From: Dipteris shenzhenensis
Taxonomy: Eukaryota
Assembly: GCA_047967505.1 (NCBI GenBank)
Contig: CM106538.1
Strand: one strand, 5' to 3'
DNA length: 64,000 nt
Positions 1 to 11,276 of this stretch are shown here, in pieces. Both the position numbers and the translations under genes were made by a program. The first letter of the stretch is position 1; the number at the start of each line of letters is the position of its first letter. The notes beneath the pieces are model-generated. The model was not told the origin of the DNA. It made no database searches and was given only the letters and a program-made list of their open reading frames with translations.

Positions 1-852
1 GTTTAGCATATATTTTTTTGCATATATTTCTATGCACAGATTGGAGCTCTCCCACTATGCAGTCTGAAACCGATGGAGGACTGGTGCTAGCGAAGGAAGG
101 TGAGCTGGCTAAATGGTGCAGACAAGACTAATTCCTGAACGTTCCATCATCGAATCTCTTCACCCAAGAAAGTGATAGTGATTCTAACTCAAAGGACGGG
201 GAACTTGAGACAAACATTAATTGTAGCGGACATACAAATATGAACAATCGTAGTAATCATCACGCTGCCTCTTGAATACTCTGAATCTTCACACTACCTT
301 TCGAATACTCTGAACCATCACGCAACTTCTAGAATCATGTGCATCTCATTACAAGCTGAAGCCAAGAAAATGATCCTATGAACTATTACTACATGTACAA
401 GTGAAGCCAATAAAAGAACTACTCTGGAACTTCTGCTGTTGCTCAACTATATGGTGTACGAAAAGAAATGCCATTAATTACTTACACATAAAACACTTTG
501 GCTCTATGGAAAACAGTTAACGGGTTGACACACGGGCAGTCACATGGGCTAGAATGGGCCATTTATAGGCACACAAATGGTGGGCAGTGGCCAATCTATA
601 GCATCATTTCACAGGTCAATGGGAGTAAAAAGGGTTGCCAGACTAGTTGAGAAAAGTTAAGCACTCCTTGGCAGAATTACATTGATAAGGTACTTAGATT
701 AGATGATAGTGGACTCAAGTTATGTAAAACTTAGCACTAAAGATCGTATCCATATACTCCATTCACTCAAGATATGTAAAACTTGATACTAAAGCTCGTA
801 TCCCTATAGTCCATTCACTCATCATGCATGAGAGGGGTATATACACTAGGGA

Positions 853-1149
853 TGCACTGATAATGGCATTTCATGAACCCACGTTTTGATGTAGTATTTC
901 TACAAACACTACCGTTACATCGTCTAAGCCTATCACACTTTTCATACACTACAGCTCATATCCCTATAGTCCATTCACTCATCATGAATGCATGAGAGGA
1001 GTATATGCACTAGGGATGCATTCATAATGGCATTTCAAGAAACCTCATTTTGATGTAGTATTTCTACAAACACTACCCTTGCATCGTCTAAGGCTCCCAC
1101 ACTTGTCATACACATTAATAAGGGCATTTCTCACAGTAATATCTGACTC
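853..1149 (-). pseudogene. PLS-class pentatricopeptide repeat (PPR) gene fragments (two sub-copies; repeated at ~3513..3806)
   Basis: Minus strand 1149..1017 reads ESDITVRNALINVYDKCGSL[+1]DDARVVFVEILHQNEVS*NAIMNA. 949..853 reads VYEKCDRL[+1]DDVTVVFVEILHQNVGS*NAIISA. Both match the PLS consensus NALIxMYxKCGSLxDAxxVF...VSWNAMI. Confidence 0.85.
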
Positions 1150-2893
1150 AACAATCTGACTCAACAGTAGAGGCTTGAATCATTGGAATTTATTCTAGGG
1201 TTGCTACACTCAAAGATGCATCCACATCAGAAACGAAGATGATCTTGTATAGCTATTGGCAATCGATGGGAGTTTGTTGTTGTTGCAAGGAATGCCCAAG
1301 AAATTGCTAAATCTAAAGGATTAATTGGTCCAAGTTTTGAAGCATGTTGAACTCCCTACTTGTCCCACAAAAATTGTAAAAATACTCCATCTGATCTCTA
1401 ATGCAATAATAATTTGGAGGAGGCCAAGGCTTACTCTTGCATGGGCTAAGAGTCCCCCTGTCCATAATTACTATTCGGGATGAGCATCTTTGCAAAGAAG
1501 CAACCAAATGTTTGGTACATTGAGGTGGGCTTAAATTTTCAAGGTGGAATAAATGATAGGGAAAGGGATTTTACCTCTTGTCTATGGTTGCTAGGCTCCG
1601 CCTTTGGACACTACAACCATGCAACAAGCATCCAACTAGGTTTATCCTCATTATCATATTGGCAAATTCTATTCTTTGTGTGTTCCTCTTCATTGCTTTC
1701 TTTGGAGGAAGGAGCAGTTGGCTTCTTCAGAGGAAGAAATTCCTCAAGATCAGCCGTGTCACTTGTGCTCTGTAACTTAAATGATTGTTTAAGTTGCAAC
1801 TCACTTGAACTTGAGGCCTCCTTTGGGATGATAGCCACATTCATCCAACTGCTATTTGGACAACACATCAATAGCTAACATAGAGGAGAAACAAAGATAG
1901 AGACAAACAACTGCTCTTTGGACACCTCAATAGTTGAGATAGAGGAGAGACAAAGACACAGATATAGACAAAGACAGTAGCGGTGTCTCCATCCCCTCCA
2001 AATCCAAAGTTTATGTGAGTAACTTTGATTTCTCCCTCACCAATAGTGACAGTTGCAACTCACTTGAACTTGAGGCCTCCTTTGGGATAATGGCCACATT
2101 CTGCTCTTTGGACAATACCTGTATAGTTGAGATAGAGGAGAAATGAAGACAAAGACAGAGACCTACTTTTTGGACACCTCAATAGTTGAGATAAACCATA
2201 GGGACTTGCTTCATCGCCAAGCCCTACTTGTAGGTGAAGATTAAACTAGCCACACAAATCACACTATGCTTCAGATTCTAGTCCACATGTTCACAAAAAG
2301 TATACTGGCATAGATGCAAAGATCTAGAGAGATGTATAGCCAAATAGACAAAAGCTGCAAAATGAACTACATGAAGTAAAAGTTAACATGTACCATGTGA
2401 ACCGCCAGAAATCTAAGGGACAGATCTATTCTATCTGATGCTCAATCTCCAAGTTCTGCCACATGCCCTTTGTAGGCTCTTTTTGGCTGCTGGGAAACCT
2501 ATTGGATTGCATGCTTGCTACCCCATAGCGGGGTAGTTTAAAGACTGAAATGGAGGTTGCTTGCTGTAGCCCCCTTGCTACTCTGCACTGCAACCAATGG
2601 TAAGGTACTATTCTTAGATTGATCCTAGACCTTCCTGCTGCTCCCGTCTGCACCCACAATATGAGGTGTAGACCTTGATCTGGGCCTCGCTGCTACTCCA
2701 GTGTGTATCCAATACTGAGGCACATGAATGCCTTTGCAAGGTACCTAATGGGCCCTCTTATATCGGGCTATTTGCCCTCAAAACTCACCAATAGCAGAGC
2801 CACATAGTGGACTGAACCAATATATGACACCCGACCAGTAGCAGCTTTTCATGCTCTAGAACAGCTGTATAGCAGGGCTGCCCACTTTCGATA

Positions 2894-3020
2894 GTACCCA
2901 AGGTAAGGGATGACTATAATCCTGCAACATGGATGTTGGAGGTGACCTCAAATTCTATAGAGACCCACTTGCAGATAGATTCTGCACAGCAGAGTAAACC
3001 AAAAGTCTGATCTCTTCATG
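2894..3020 (+). pseudogene. PDR: Exon fragment of a full-size ABCG/PDR transporter (copy 1)
   Basis: Translates [42 protein letters not shown] is the PDR signature after NBD2. Confidence 0.85.
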
Positions 3021-5531
3021 TATGAACTATTTTGAATCCTTTCCAGAGCACTATCTACAAGTGAAGCCAATAAAAGAACTACTCTGGAACTTCTGCTCTT
3101 GCTCGTCTATATGGTGTACGAAAAGAAACACCATTAATTACTTACACGTAAAACACTTTGGCTCTATGGAAAATAGTTAAAGGGTTGACACACGGGCAGT
3201 TACATGGGCTAGAATGGGCCATTTACACGCACACAAATGGTGGGCAGTGCCCAGTCTATAGCATTGTTTCATAGGTCAATGGGAGTAAAAAGGGCTGCTA
3301 GACTAGTTGAAAAAGGTTAAGCGCTCATTGGCAGCATTGCATTGATAAGGTACTTAGATTAGATGATAACGGACTCAAGTTATGTAAAACTTAGCACTAA
3401 AGATCGTATCCATATACTCCATTCACTCAAGATATGTAAAACTTGACACTAAAGCTCGTATCCCTATAGTCCATTCACTCATCATGCATGAGAGGGGTAT
3501 ATACACTAGGGATGCACTGATAATGGCATTTCACAAACCCACGTTTTGATGTAGTATTTCTACAAACACTACCCTTACATCATCTAAGGCTATCACACTT
3601 TTCATACACTACAGCTTGTATCCCTATAGTCCATTCATTCATCATGCATGAGAGGAGTATATGCACTAGGGATGCATTCATAATGGCATTTCAAGAAACC
3701 TCATTTTGATGTAGTATTTCTACAAACACTGCCCTTGCATCGTCTAAGGCTCCCACACTTGTCATACACATTAATAAGGGCATTTCTCATAGTAATATCT
3801 GACTCAACAATAGAGGCTTGAATCATTGGAATTTGTTCTAGGGTTGCTACACTCACAGATGCATCCACATCAAAAGCAAAGATGATCTTGTATAGCTATT
3901 GGCAATCGATGGGAGTTTGTTGTTGTTGCAAGGAATGCCCAAGAAATTGCTAAATCTAAAGGATTAATTGGTCCAAGTTTTGGAGCATGTTGAACTCCCT
4001 ACTTGTCCCACAAAAATTGTAAAAATACTCCATCTGATCTCTAACACAATAATAATTTGGAGGAGGTCAAGGCTTGCTCTTGCATGTGCTGAGAGTCCCC
4101 CTGTCCATAATTACTATTTGGGATGAGCGTCTTTGCAAAGAAGCAACCAAATGTTTGGTACACTGAGCTGAGCTTAAATTTTCAAGGTGGAATAAATGAT
4201 AGGGAAAGGGATTACCTCTTGTCTATGGCTGCTAGGCTCCGCCTTTGGACACTACGACCATGCAACAAGCATCCAACTAGGTTTGTCCTCATTGTCATAT
4301 TGGCAAATTCTATTCTCTGTGTGTTCCTCTTCATTGCTTTCTTTGGAGGAAGGAGTAGTTGGCTTCTTCAGAGGAAGAAATTCCTCAAGATCAACCCTGT
4401 CGCTTGTGCTCTATAACTCAAATGATTGTTTAAGTTGCAACTCACTTGAACTTGAGGCCTCCTATGGGATGATGGCCACATTCATCTAACTGCTATTTGG
4501 ACAACACATCAATAGCTGAGATAAAGGAGAAACAAAGATAGAGACAAACAACTGCTCTTTGGACACCTCAATAGTTGAGATAGAGGAGAGACAAAGACAC
4601 AGATAGAGACAAAGATAGTAGCGGTGTCTCCGTCCCCTCCAAATTCAAAGTTTATGTGAGTAACTTCAATTTCTCCCTCACCAATGGTGACAATTGCAAC
4701 TCACTTGAACTTGAGGCCTCCTTTGGGATAATGGCCACATTCTGCTCTTTGGACAATACCTGTATAGCTGAGATAGAGGAGAAATGAAGATAGAGACAGA
4801 GACCTTCTCTTTGGACACCTCAATAGTTGAGATAAACCAGAGGGACTTGCTTCATTGCCAAGCCCTACTTGCAGGTAAAGATTAAACTAGCTAAACAAAT
4901 CACACAATGCTTCAGATTCTAGTCCACATGTTCACAAAAAGTATACTGGCATAGATGGAAAGATCTAGAGAGACGTATAGCGAAATAGACAAAAGCTCCA
5001 AAATGAACTACATGAAGTAAAAGTTAATGTGTACCATGTGAACCGCCAAAAATCTAAGGGACAGATCTATTCTATTTGATGCTCAATCTCGAAGTTCTTC
5101 CACATGCCCTTTGTAGGCTCTTCTTGGCTGCTGGGAAACCTGTTGGATTGCATGCTTGCTACCCCATAGCGGGGCAGTTTAAAAACTGAAATGGAGGTTG
5201 CTTGCTGTAGCCCCCTTCCTGCTCTACACTGCAACCAATGGTGAGGTACTATTCTTGGACTGATCCTAGACCTTCCTACTGCTCCCGTCTACACCCACAA
5301 TATGAGGTACTATAGACCCTGATCCGGGCCTCGCTGTTGCTCCAGTGTGTATCCAATATTGAGGCACATGAATACCTTTGCAAGGTCCCTAATCGGCCCT
5401 CTTATATCAGGCTATTTGCCCTTTGAACTCATCGACAGTAGAGCCACAGAGTGGACTGACCCAATCCATAACACCCGACCAATAGCAACTTTTCATGCTC
5501 CAGAATAGCTGTATAGCAGGGCTGCCCACTT

Positions 5532-5661
5532 CTAGGAATACCCAAGATAAGGGATGACTATAATCCTGCAACATGGATGTTGGAGGTGACCTCAAATTCT
5601 ATAGAGATCAACTTGTAGATAGATTTTGCACAAGAGTATACCAAAAATCTGATCTCTTCAT
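5532..5661 (+). pseudogene. PDR: Exon fragment of a full-size ABCG/PDR transporter (copy 2)
   Basis: Translates [34 protein letters not shown]..(fs)SDLF, followed by a GTATGA donor-like site. Confidence 0.85.
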
Positions 5662-6083
5662 GTATGAACTATTTCGAATCCTTTCCAGAGCACTAGCAGC
5701 ATCTACCCATAAATTCAATGCAAAAGCAATGCACATAGTGTCTCTTTAAGCCATTCATTTATGAGGCTGCTAGATGTGAGTTCAGAGAGTCATCAAGTTG
5801 GGTTTCAGATCAAGGAGTCATCTGCAACTCGAAGTATCTTCCTTGTTTCATGGCATGACTCTAATTATTTATTTTTCCTTTCAGTCTCGAGCATTTTCTA
5901 AACGATAGAAGCTTAGAAATGACAGTTGAAAGGGCAATGCACTGCTTAAAAGAGTTTCCATGTAAACATCGAAGCTTTTAACAAAAGCTTTTATGTGAAT
6001 CCACATGTTAGCTTAAATGTTTAATAAGTGCACTCTCCGGTAGTTTAAGAACTAAGTCCATAGCATAACTTGCATGCTTTAGA

Positions 6084-6566
6084 TTAGTATGGACAGTTTA
6101 AAGTCTTAAGTCGAAAGACTTGAAATGATGTAACAAGCACACAAAGGATGGGTACAAACTTTGCAAGATCCCCTGAAAATCTACTGTTTGCGAAAGAGGA
6201 TGAGTTCAGAAGTCGTGATTGTCCTTTTTCACAAGGTGGTAGACCACATTGCATCTGCAGTTCCTTGAACCTTTCTACATTGAAGTGCCGTTTTTTCATA
6301 AGCTTCCTTTGCTTAGAAGAAACAAGTATACGCATAAAATCCTGAAAAGATGGATTTCTAGAGGTAAGAATGAAATACAAAAAACCAGCTATGAGGACAA
6401 CAGATGATACAAAGAATGCAATGGGTTCCATCAAATCCCATGATAACTCCTAGAAAGTGAGGCGGAAGAAAAGTAAGGTCTGCAATATGACGACCACCAG
6501 AGCTGTTCAGAACATTTTGCACGCTTTCCTTAGTGCGATTCTGTCAATCTCTTCTTTCTCCTTCTG
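6084..6566 (-). pseudogene. MCU: Mitochondrial calcium uniporter (MCU) C-terminal fragment with two in-frame stops
   Basis: In frame with ORF 6084..6434: QKEKEEIDRIALRKACKMF*TALVVVILQTLLFFRLTF*ELSWDLMEPIAFFVSS...TSRNPSFQDF...KQRKLMKKRHFNVERFKELQ. It contains the WDxMEP pore motif between two TM helices. Stops at 6507-6509 and 6450-6452 replace conserved Trp. No N-terminal part is visible. Confidence 0.9.
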
Positions 6567-6999
6567 CACACCGCTCACAGTCCTCACCTAATTGCAAGGT
6601 CGTCCTTGTAGTTTCTAGCAATCATACAGTTTCAATGTGAAAACAGATGGAAGATGAATACACAGGGCTACCAAGACTTAGCAGGCAAAGACGATTGAGA
6701 GAACAGCACCAAGCGCAATAGCAGGCGATGGCGATAGAGAAAACAACACTAGGAGCAGCCGCTGCTACTATGGCGATGGTGAAACATGAACAATAGTAAG
6801 CTTTGATGATCGCAATGACATGAAATTTCCAAAAAAGGAAATCTAGTAGGGTGGACGACAAAACAGAGCAAGAAGGCGATTTGACTAAACAGAGCAAGAA
6901 GGCAGAGCAAGAAGGCAGTTAGACGAGACGATGGGAAGCAACGTTTGATTTGGAGGAAGTTTCTTGAATCATTAAAAAATGAAAATGAAAATTTAAACC

Positions 7000-7223
7000 T
7001 GAACCTGACACGTGGCTTCACCAGAGGGCAGATTTCCTTTTTATGTCACAATGCTACCTGCCTAAAGACAAGAAACACTCCTTCATACAAGTTAGTTTTT
7101 TGTATGCCTATTCATTTCAATTTTTCTAGGACAATGAAATACGATCTACTCCCAATATGTCAAGAAATGCAATACGCGTTATCTATGGCATTTTAAAGGT
7201 GCAATGCAAAAATACATGGTCCC
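7000..7223 (-). mobile_element. Putative Mutator-like (MULE) terminal inverted repeat, right end
   Basis: Read from 7223 inward on minus: starts GGGACC, runs ~190 nt AT-rich, then AAATCTGCCCT and CCACGTGTCA boxes, then AT-rich and CT-rich tracts. This is a layout typical of plant MULE TIRs. No partner TIR found in the window. Confidence 0.4.
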
Positions 7224-7698
7224 AATTCAAAACAACTTCTATTCTTGCATCTAGAAGTAGCATGCTCTAGTAGTCTTGCAAGATAATATAAGACACGTTC
7301 TGAAACTCTTCTGAAATAAAATGCTGAGCAAGTTTCGCCAAACCTTTTTAAAATCAACCTTAAAGTCCAAAACGATCGATCAGTCGACTGCCCGGATCTA
7401 GTTTATTCATTCAAATAATTTTCAATATACAAAGAGCAACCGGCTTGCCCAATGGTTTTGTCTTCTTTGGTTCGTAAGGGTCTTCGTGGATGATCTGGTG
7501 TTTGACACCTGTTCTTATAAGCATAACAAAGAATCATCAATGTGAGAGGCACATTGGCCTCTGTTTTATTCACCCCAATCTCTGTTTTTGAAAAATATTA
7601 AGAAAGGAAGGTGCCAAACTGCTGTTTTTGAAGCTCTAGTGTTCAAAGACGATTGTGTGCATGGACCTACTCCATCCAGATTCCAGACGGCTTCTGCT

Positions 7699-9405
7699 TT
7701 ACTTCGGTAGCCACTCTTTACCGTCAATGAAGGAAATGCTGAGAAACGGTAGAGCCTGCTTTTTTGTGAGGTTTTGGGACCACTTCACTCTGCCCGCCCT
7801 GTTAGCACCTGGACCAAAGCATTGGTACTCACCGTAGAAGACCCGTCTATATGAAAAGACAGCCATTAATTCAGAAGTTAGCGGACGCTTTTGAATCGTA
7901 GCATATTATAGACATTATAGCACGCACAGTTGAAATGAAAATTTACTTTTGATCGGCTGGAATGTTCCAGTCGTTCCAGCCTTGCGGCACAATTATGTTC
8001 GCGAAGTATGTGTATAGGTATACGATCCTGGAGTATGGTCCCCAGGATCTGCCTAAGTAAATAGACCCGGAACCCGTGACAACGCAATGCACGAATGAGT
8101 AACCGGTGTTTTCTCTCGGTGTCAACCGCTTCTGGGCAGCAATAGACCCGTAGGGGTTCGCGATGGAGTGGATATGGCATTTCTGCAGTCATGACGCAGC
8201 CAGGAGTGTTGGAACTGTCATACGTGCCGAATATACAACTATTGAAGGCGAAACTAGCGGTAGCACAAGTCAACGTACCACAAAGAGCGAGCGGGCATCG
8301 CCAAAAATAAAATCAATCGACCCCTCAATGTAACAATTATAGTAGTAGTAACGTCCACTTTGATCGTAGAGTGTGTCCTGTGCTCCAAAGAAACTGCATC
8401 TGTAGAAAGCAGCCATGTCACCGAGGATTCGGAAAGCAACAGCTTGTCTGCCCACCGCCCCGCCAGGGGGAGCTGGAGCCGTGTTCTGCGAAATGATAAC
8501 ATATCAGTAATAGCTACAAAGAGCGCCATGAGATTTTTTCGACGGAGAGCTCAGAATATGTGCTTCAGATGTGAAGCACGAACGTAAAATGTCTCAGCGA
8601 ACGTGCTCTTGATCATACCCTGAATGAAATATCTAGGGCAATGAAGTTAGCCGATTTCACTGTTACAGAGGCGCTACCAGAGGTGCTGAGAGGTTTCCCG
8701 TTCTTTCCTTTGTCGGAAGCAATGTCGCCCCATTCGATGTAAGTAAGCGTAGCTCCGTCCCCTTTAAATGTTATAAAGGGTTTACTGGCTGGTATCAAGA
8801 CCTTCTCTCTGCACAATTGAGTTTAGATGCAAAAACGATTTAGATTCAGAGCGGAATGTAGCGCAATATATTCTTTGTGGATTCGTCTCGTGATTCGAAA
8901 CTAATGAAGTAACAGGAGCTGACGTGAAGTGAAAATGTTAAGTTTAATTTTCTTTCAATTCGTACCTGTAGATACCCTTCTTCACGTAGATGACAACGCG
9001 CTTCTTGTTGTTCTCGGGAACTTTGTCGATGGCAGCCTGGACTGTCTTGAATTTACCCGAGCCATCCTTCGCAACGACGTAAATCTGGGGAGAAGAAGGC
9101 GATTTTGCGGTCTCTACAAGCTTGCGATCAGCGTATAACTCCACGAGCTTCTTCTCGACGTGCTTTTTACATTTGAGCTTCTTCACCTGCTTCTCGAAAA
9201 CGTCGTCTCGATAGTACGCAGGTCTGGAGGGAAGCGTTGAGCCGTGGTCATCATCAGCGGGGTCAGGGTGGTATTTTTTACCGATGGTTTTGATCCAAGA
9301 GGAGAATTCGTCATCAGGGCTAGTGAGCGAGAGGACGAGGGAAGGGGCTGGGGCAAGGAGGAAAGCGAGGCTGGAAGCAAGGATGAGGAGGGTGGTTGAC
9401 TTCAT
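7699..9405 (-). CDS. PME: Pectin methylesterase (pectinesterase), type lacking a PMEI pro-domain, 5 exons, 406 aa
   Basis: Exons 9405-8966, 8808-8619, 8485-8279, 8182-7947 and 7846-7699; all GT-AG with matching phases (1221 nt). GCCACCATG start and hydrophobic signal peptide. Motifs: [64 protein letters not shown]. Confidence 0.96.
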
Positions 9406-9451
9406 GGTGGCGGAGATGATCAAAGGTGTATGTAGTTGATGCAGAAGCTCT

Positions 9452-9462
9452 CTATATATATA
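9452..9462 (-). promoter_or_regulatory. Candidate TATA box of the PME gene
   Basis: TATATATATA run ~50 nt upstream of the ATG at 9405. Confidence 0.45.
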
Positions 9463-9594
9463 CAGTACGTATAATCTAATTCGTGAGGCGACATGTAAAA
9501 GACGTGCAGCTGATCAGGAGCTGGCTGCAAGCTGTGAATGATAGAATCTTTGACGCGAGAGCAAAGCATCCGCGATTGCGCCGGGCTTACTTGT

Positions 9595-10135
9595 AGTTAA
9601 TCGATTTTACGTAGAATCAATCGATTTGGCTTCATAAGTTTGATTTCTTCCACCGGGCCTTGATGGATGGATCGACCAAAGCTACCCAAAATGCAGGATA
9701 TCCCGCATGACGGAGTCAAATCGATCGAAGCTTCTTAATTCATCAATTTTACGTAGATTTGTTCGACCAGGTCCTGATGGATCGATCGATCAAAGGTTAT
9801 CCTATAAAATGCGGGGATATCCCGCGGGTAATGAAATCGACCTTAATTCAGCGATTTTCCGTGGAGTCAATTGTGGAGGCAATTCATTATTTTTTGGTTT
9901 CAGGCCTTGATGGATGGATCGATCAAAGTTTATCTTCAAATGCAGTGACATCCCGCATGTAGTTAAATCGATCGAAGCTCCTAAATTCATCGATTTTACG
10001 TGGAATCGATCCACTGTATGATTTTTTGGCTTCATAAACTTGATTTCTTCTACCAAGCCTTGATGGATCGATCGATAAAAGGATATCCTGTAATGATGCA
10101 GGGATATCCCCCATTAATCAAATCAGTCGAAGCTC
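9595..10135. repeat. Degenerate GATC-rich minisatellite, ~4 units of 115-153 bp
   Basis: Core CCT(T)GATGGAT(G/C)GATCGA recurs at ~9658, 9773, 9905 and 10058, each followed by ATGC...ATATCCC-like and ATCGA..CT..TAATTCA-like motifs. Confidence 0.8.
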
Positions 10136-10689
10136 CTATCGGTTCTATCGGTTGCATGAGGCTTGACTTGAGGCGCTTTTCAATCATCTATTAATATATT
10201 AATTAGGATTATGACCATTTGAAAGAATACCTAGTCACATTCGATTAGACCTCTAAATCGGATACATTGGATCCAATCAAAAGGTATGCAACCGCCCACT
10301 CCTTCATTCTGTATGAACGCATGGAGTGCCAATAGCATGCCAAGGATCGTTTGGAGGGGTGAAGAGTAGTGGCATTGAAGTTCAACCTTTAAGCTTTGAC
10401 AAAAGAGAGTACTACATGTCTTTGTGAAATTTGTTTAAATGTCGATTGTTTATCTCTTGCTGATGCCACCCTTGCAATACATCCTCAGCTTTCTCTCCCG
10501 TCATCGTGACTTCTTTGACACCAAGAAGATCATAGGGACTCCATGAAGAACCTCCTTGAAGGTCAAAGCAAGAGAAGCACCAAAGCTTCAAAAGCCTTGC
10601 TCTTACTACTAAGAAGCATTTGAGATTTACAGCTATGTCTATCTTGATAGCATTTTGCATTGCCCTCTCAGCTATTTCATATGAACAAT

Positions 10690-10880
10690 TTCACTGGTAT
10701 GAAACGATTGGTGAAAGATGTGCTCTATATTCCGAAGCTCAGCAAGAACCTCTTGTCAGTAGGTCAAATGACAGGACACAACTATAGAGTCATCTTCGAT
10801 GGAGATAATGCACTATCAGAGATAACTCCTGAAGATGTCAGCTAGTAGCAAAAGGTATCAAGGAAGGACGCTTGTACAGA
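10690..10880 (+). mobile_element. Ty1/Copia pol fragment (protease to GAG-pre-integrase region)
   Basis: KDVLYIPKLSKNLLSVGQM...(fs)LVAKGIKEGRLY matches the Copia DVLYVPxLxxNLLSVGQ segment. Confidence 0.8.
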
Positions 10881-11276
10881 CAGTGGTGGCTCGTGCTGCA
10901 TGCCCTCCTCTTCATCAGGATGAGGCTGGCCCATCTCATGCAGGAATATCACAAGCTCATTACTTACTTCTCTATCGTATGTTTCTAACAAGCTGATGGT
11001 GGCTTTTAGGTTTTGTTTTTGTTAGCTACATGTTAGGTACCATTGGCTACCATTATGACTTGTTGCAAATAGGTACCTATTCATTACTATTATGTTGTTA
11101 GTCAATGATTGTTCTACCTTTGGGTAGTTACATGGTAGCTACCATTGCCTAAATTGCTAGGAGTTGCTATGACTAGTTACCAAATGATGTGATTAGCTAC
11201 CAAGTGCTACCAGTGGCACTTAAGTTGGAGTTAATTGAGTGGTGGTTACATAATAACTAACTAGTAGCTACATCAC

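Larger units (their letters stand above)
396..5693. repeat. Tandem segmental duplication, two ~2.65 kb copies (~396..3053 and ~3056..5693)
   Basis: Both copies start TACAAGTGAAGCCAATAAAAGAACTACTCTGGAAC and end GAATCCTTTCCAGAGCACTA. They are colinear with scattered substitutions, and ORFs 1480/4123 and 1578/4123 are paralogous. Confidence 0.95.

Noticed and set aside
40-275. Possible terminal exon after TTTCTATGCACAG
   Set aside because: All frames hit stops early and no recognisable protein; the upstream context is outside the window.
1480-1878. ORFs 1480/1578/1611 and paralogues 4123/4196 as real genes
   Set aside because: Frames differ between the two copies (indel) and no domain is recognisable.
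9595-10135. Repeat-spacer-like pattern reminiscent of a CRISPR array
   Set aside because: The cores are degenerate, the intervening sequences are homologous to each other, the context is eukaryotic and there are no cas genes.
10412-10660. SPYDLLGV resembling a J-domain start
   Set aside because: No HPD motif or further similarity.
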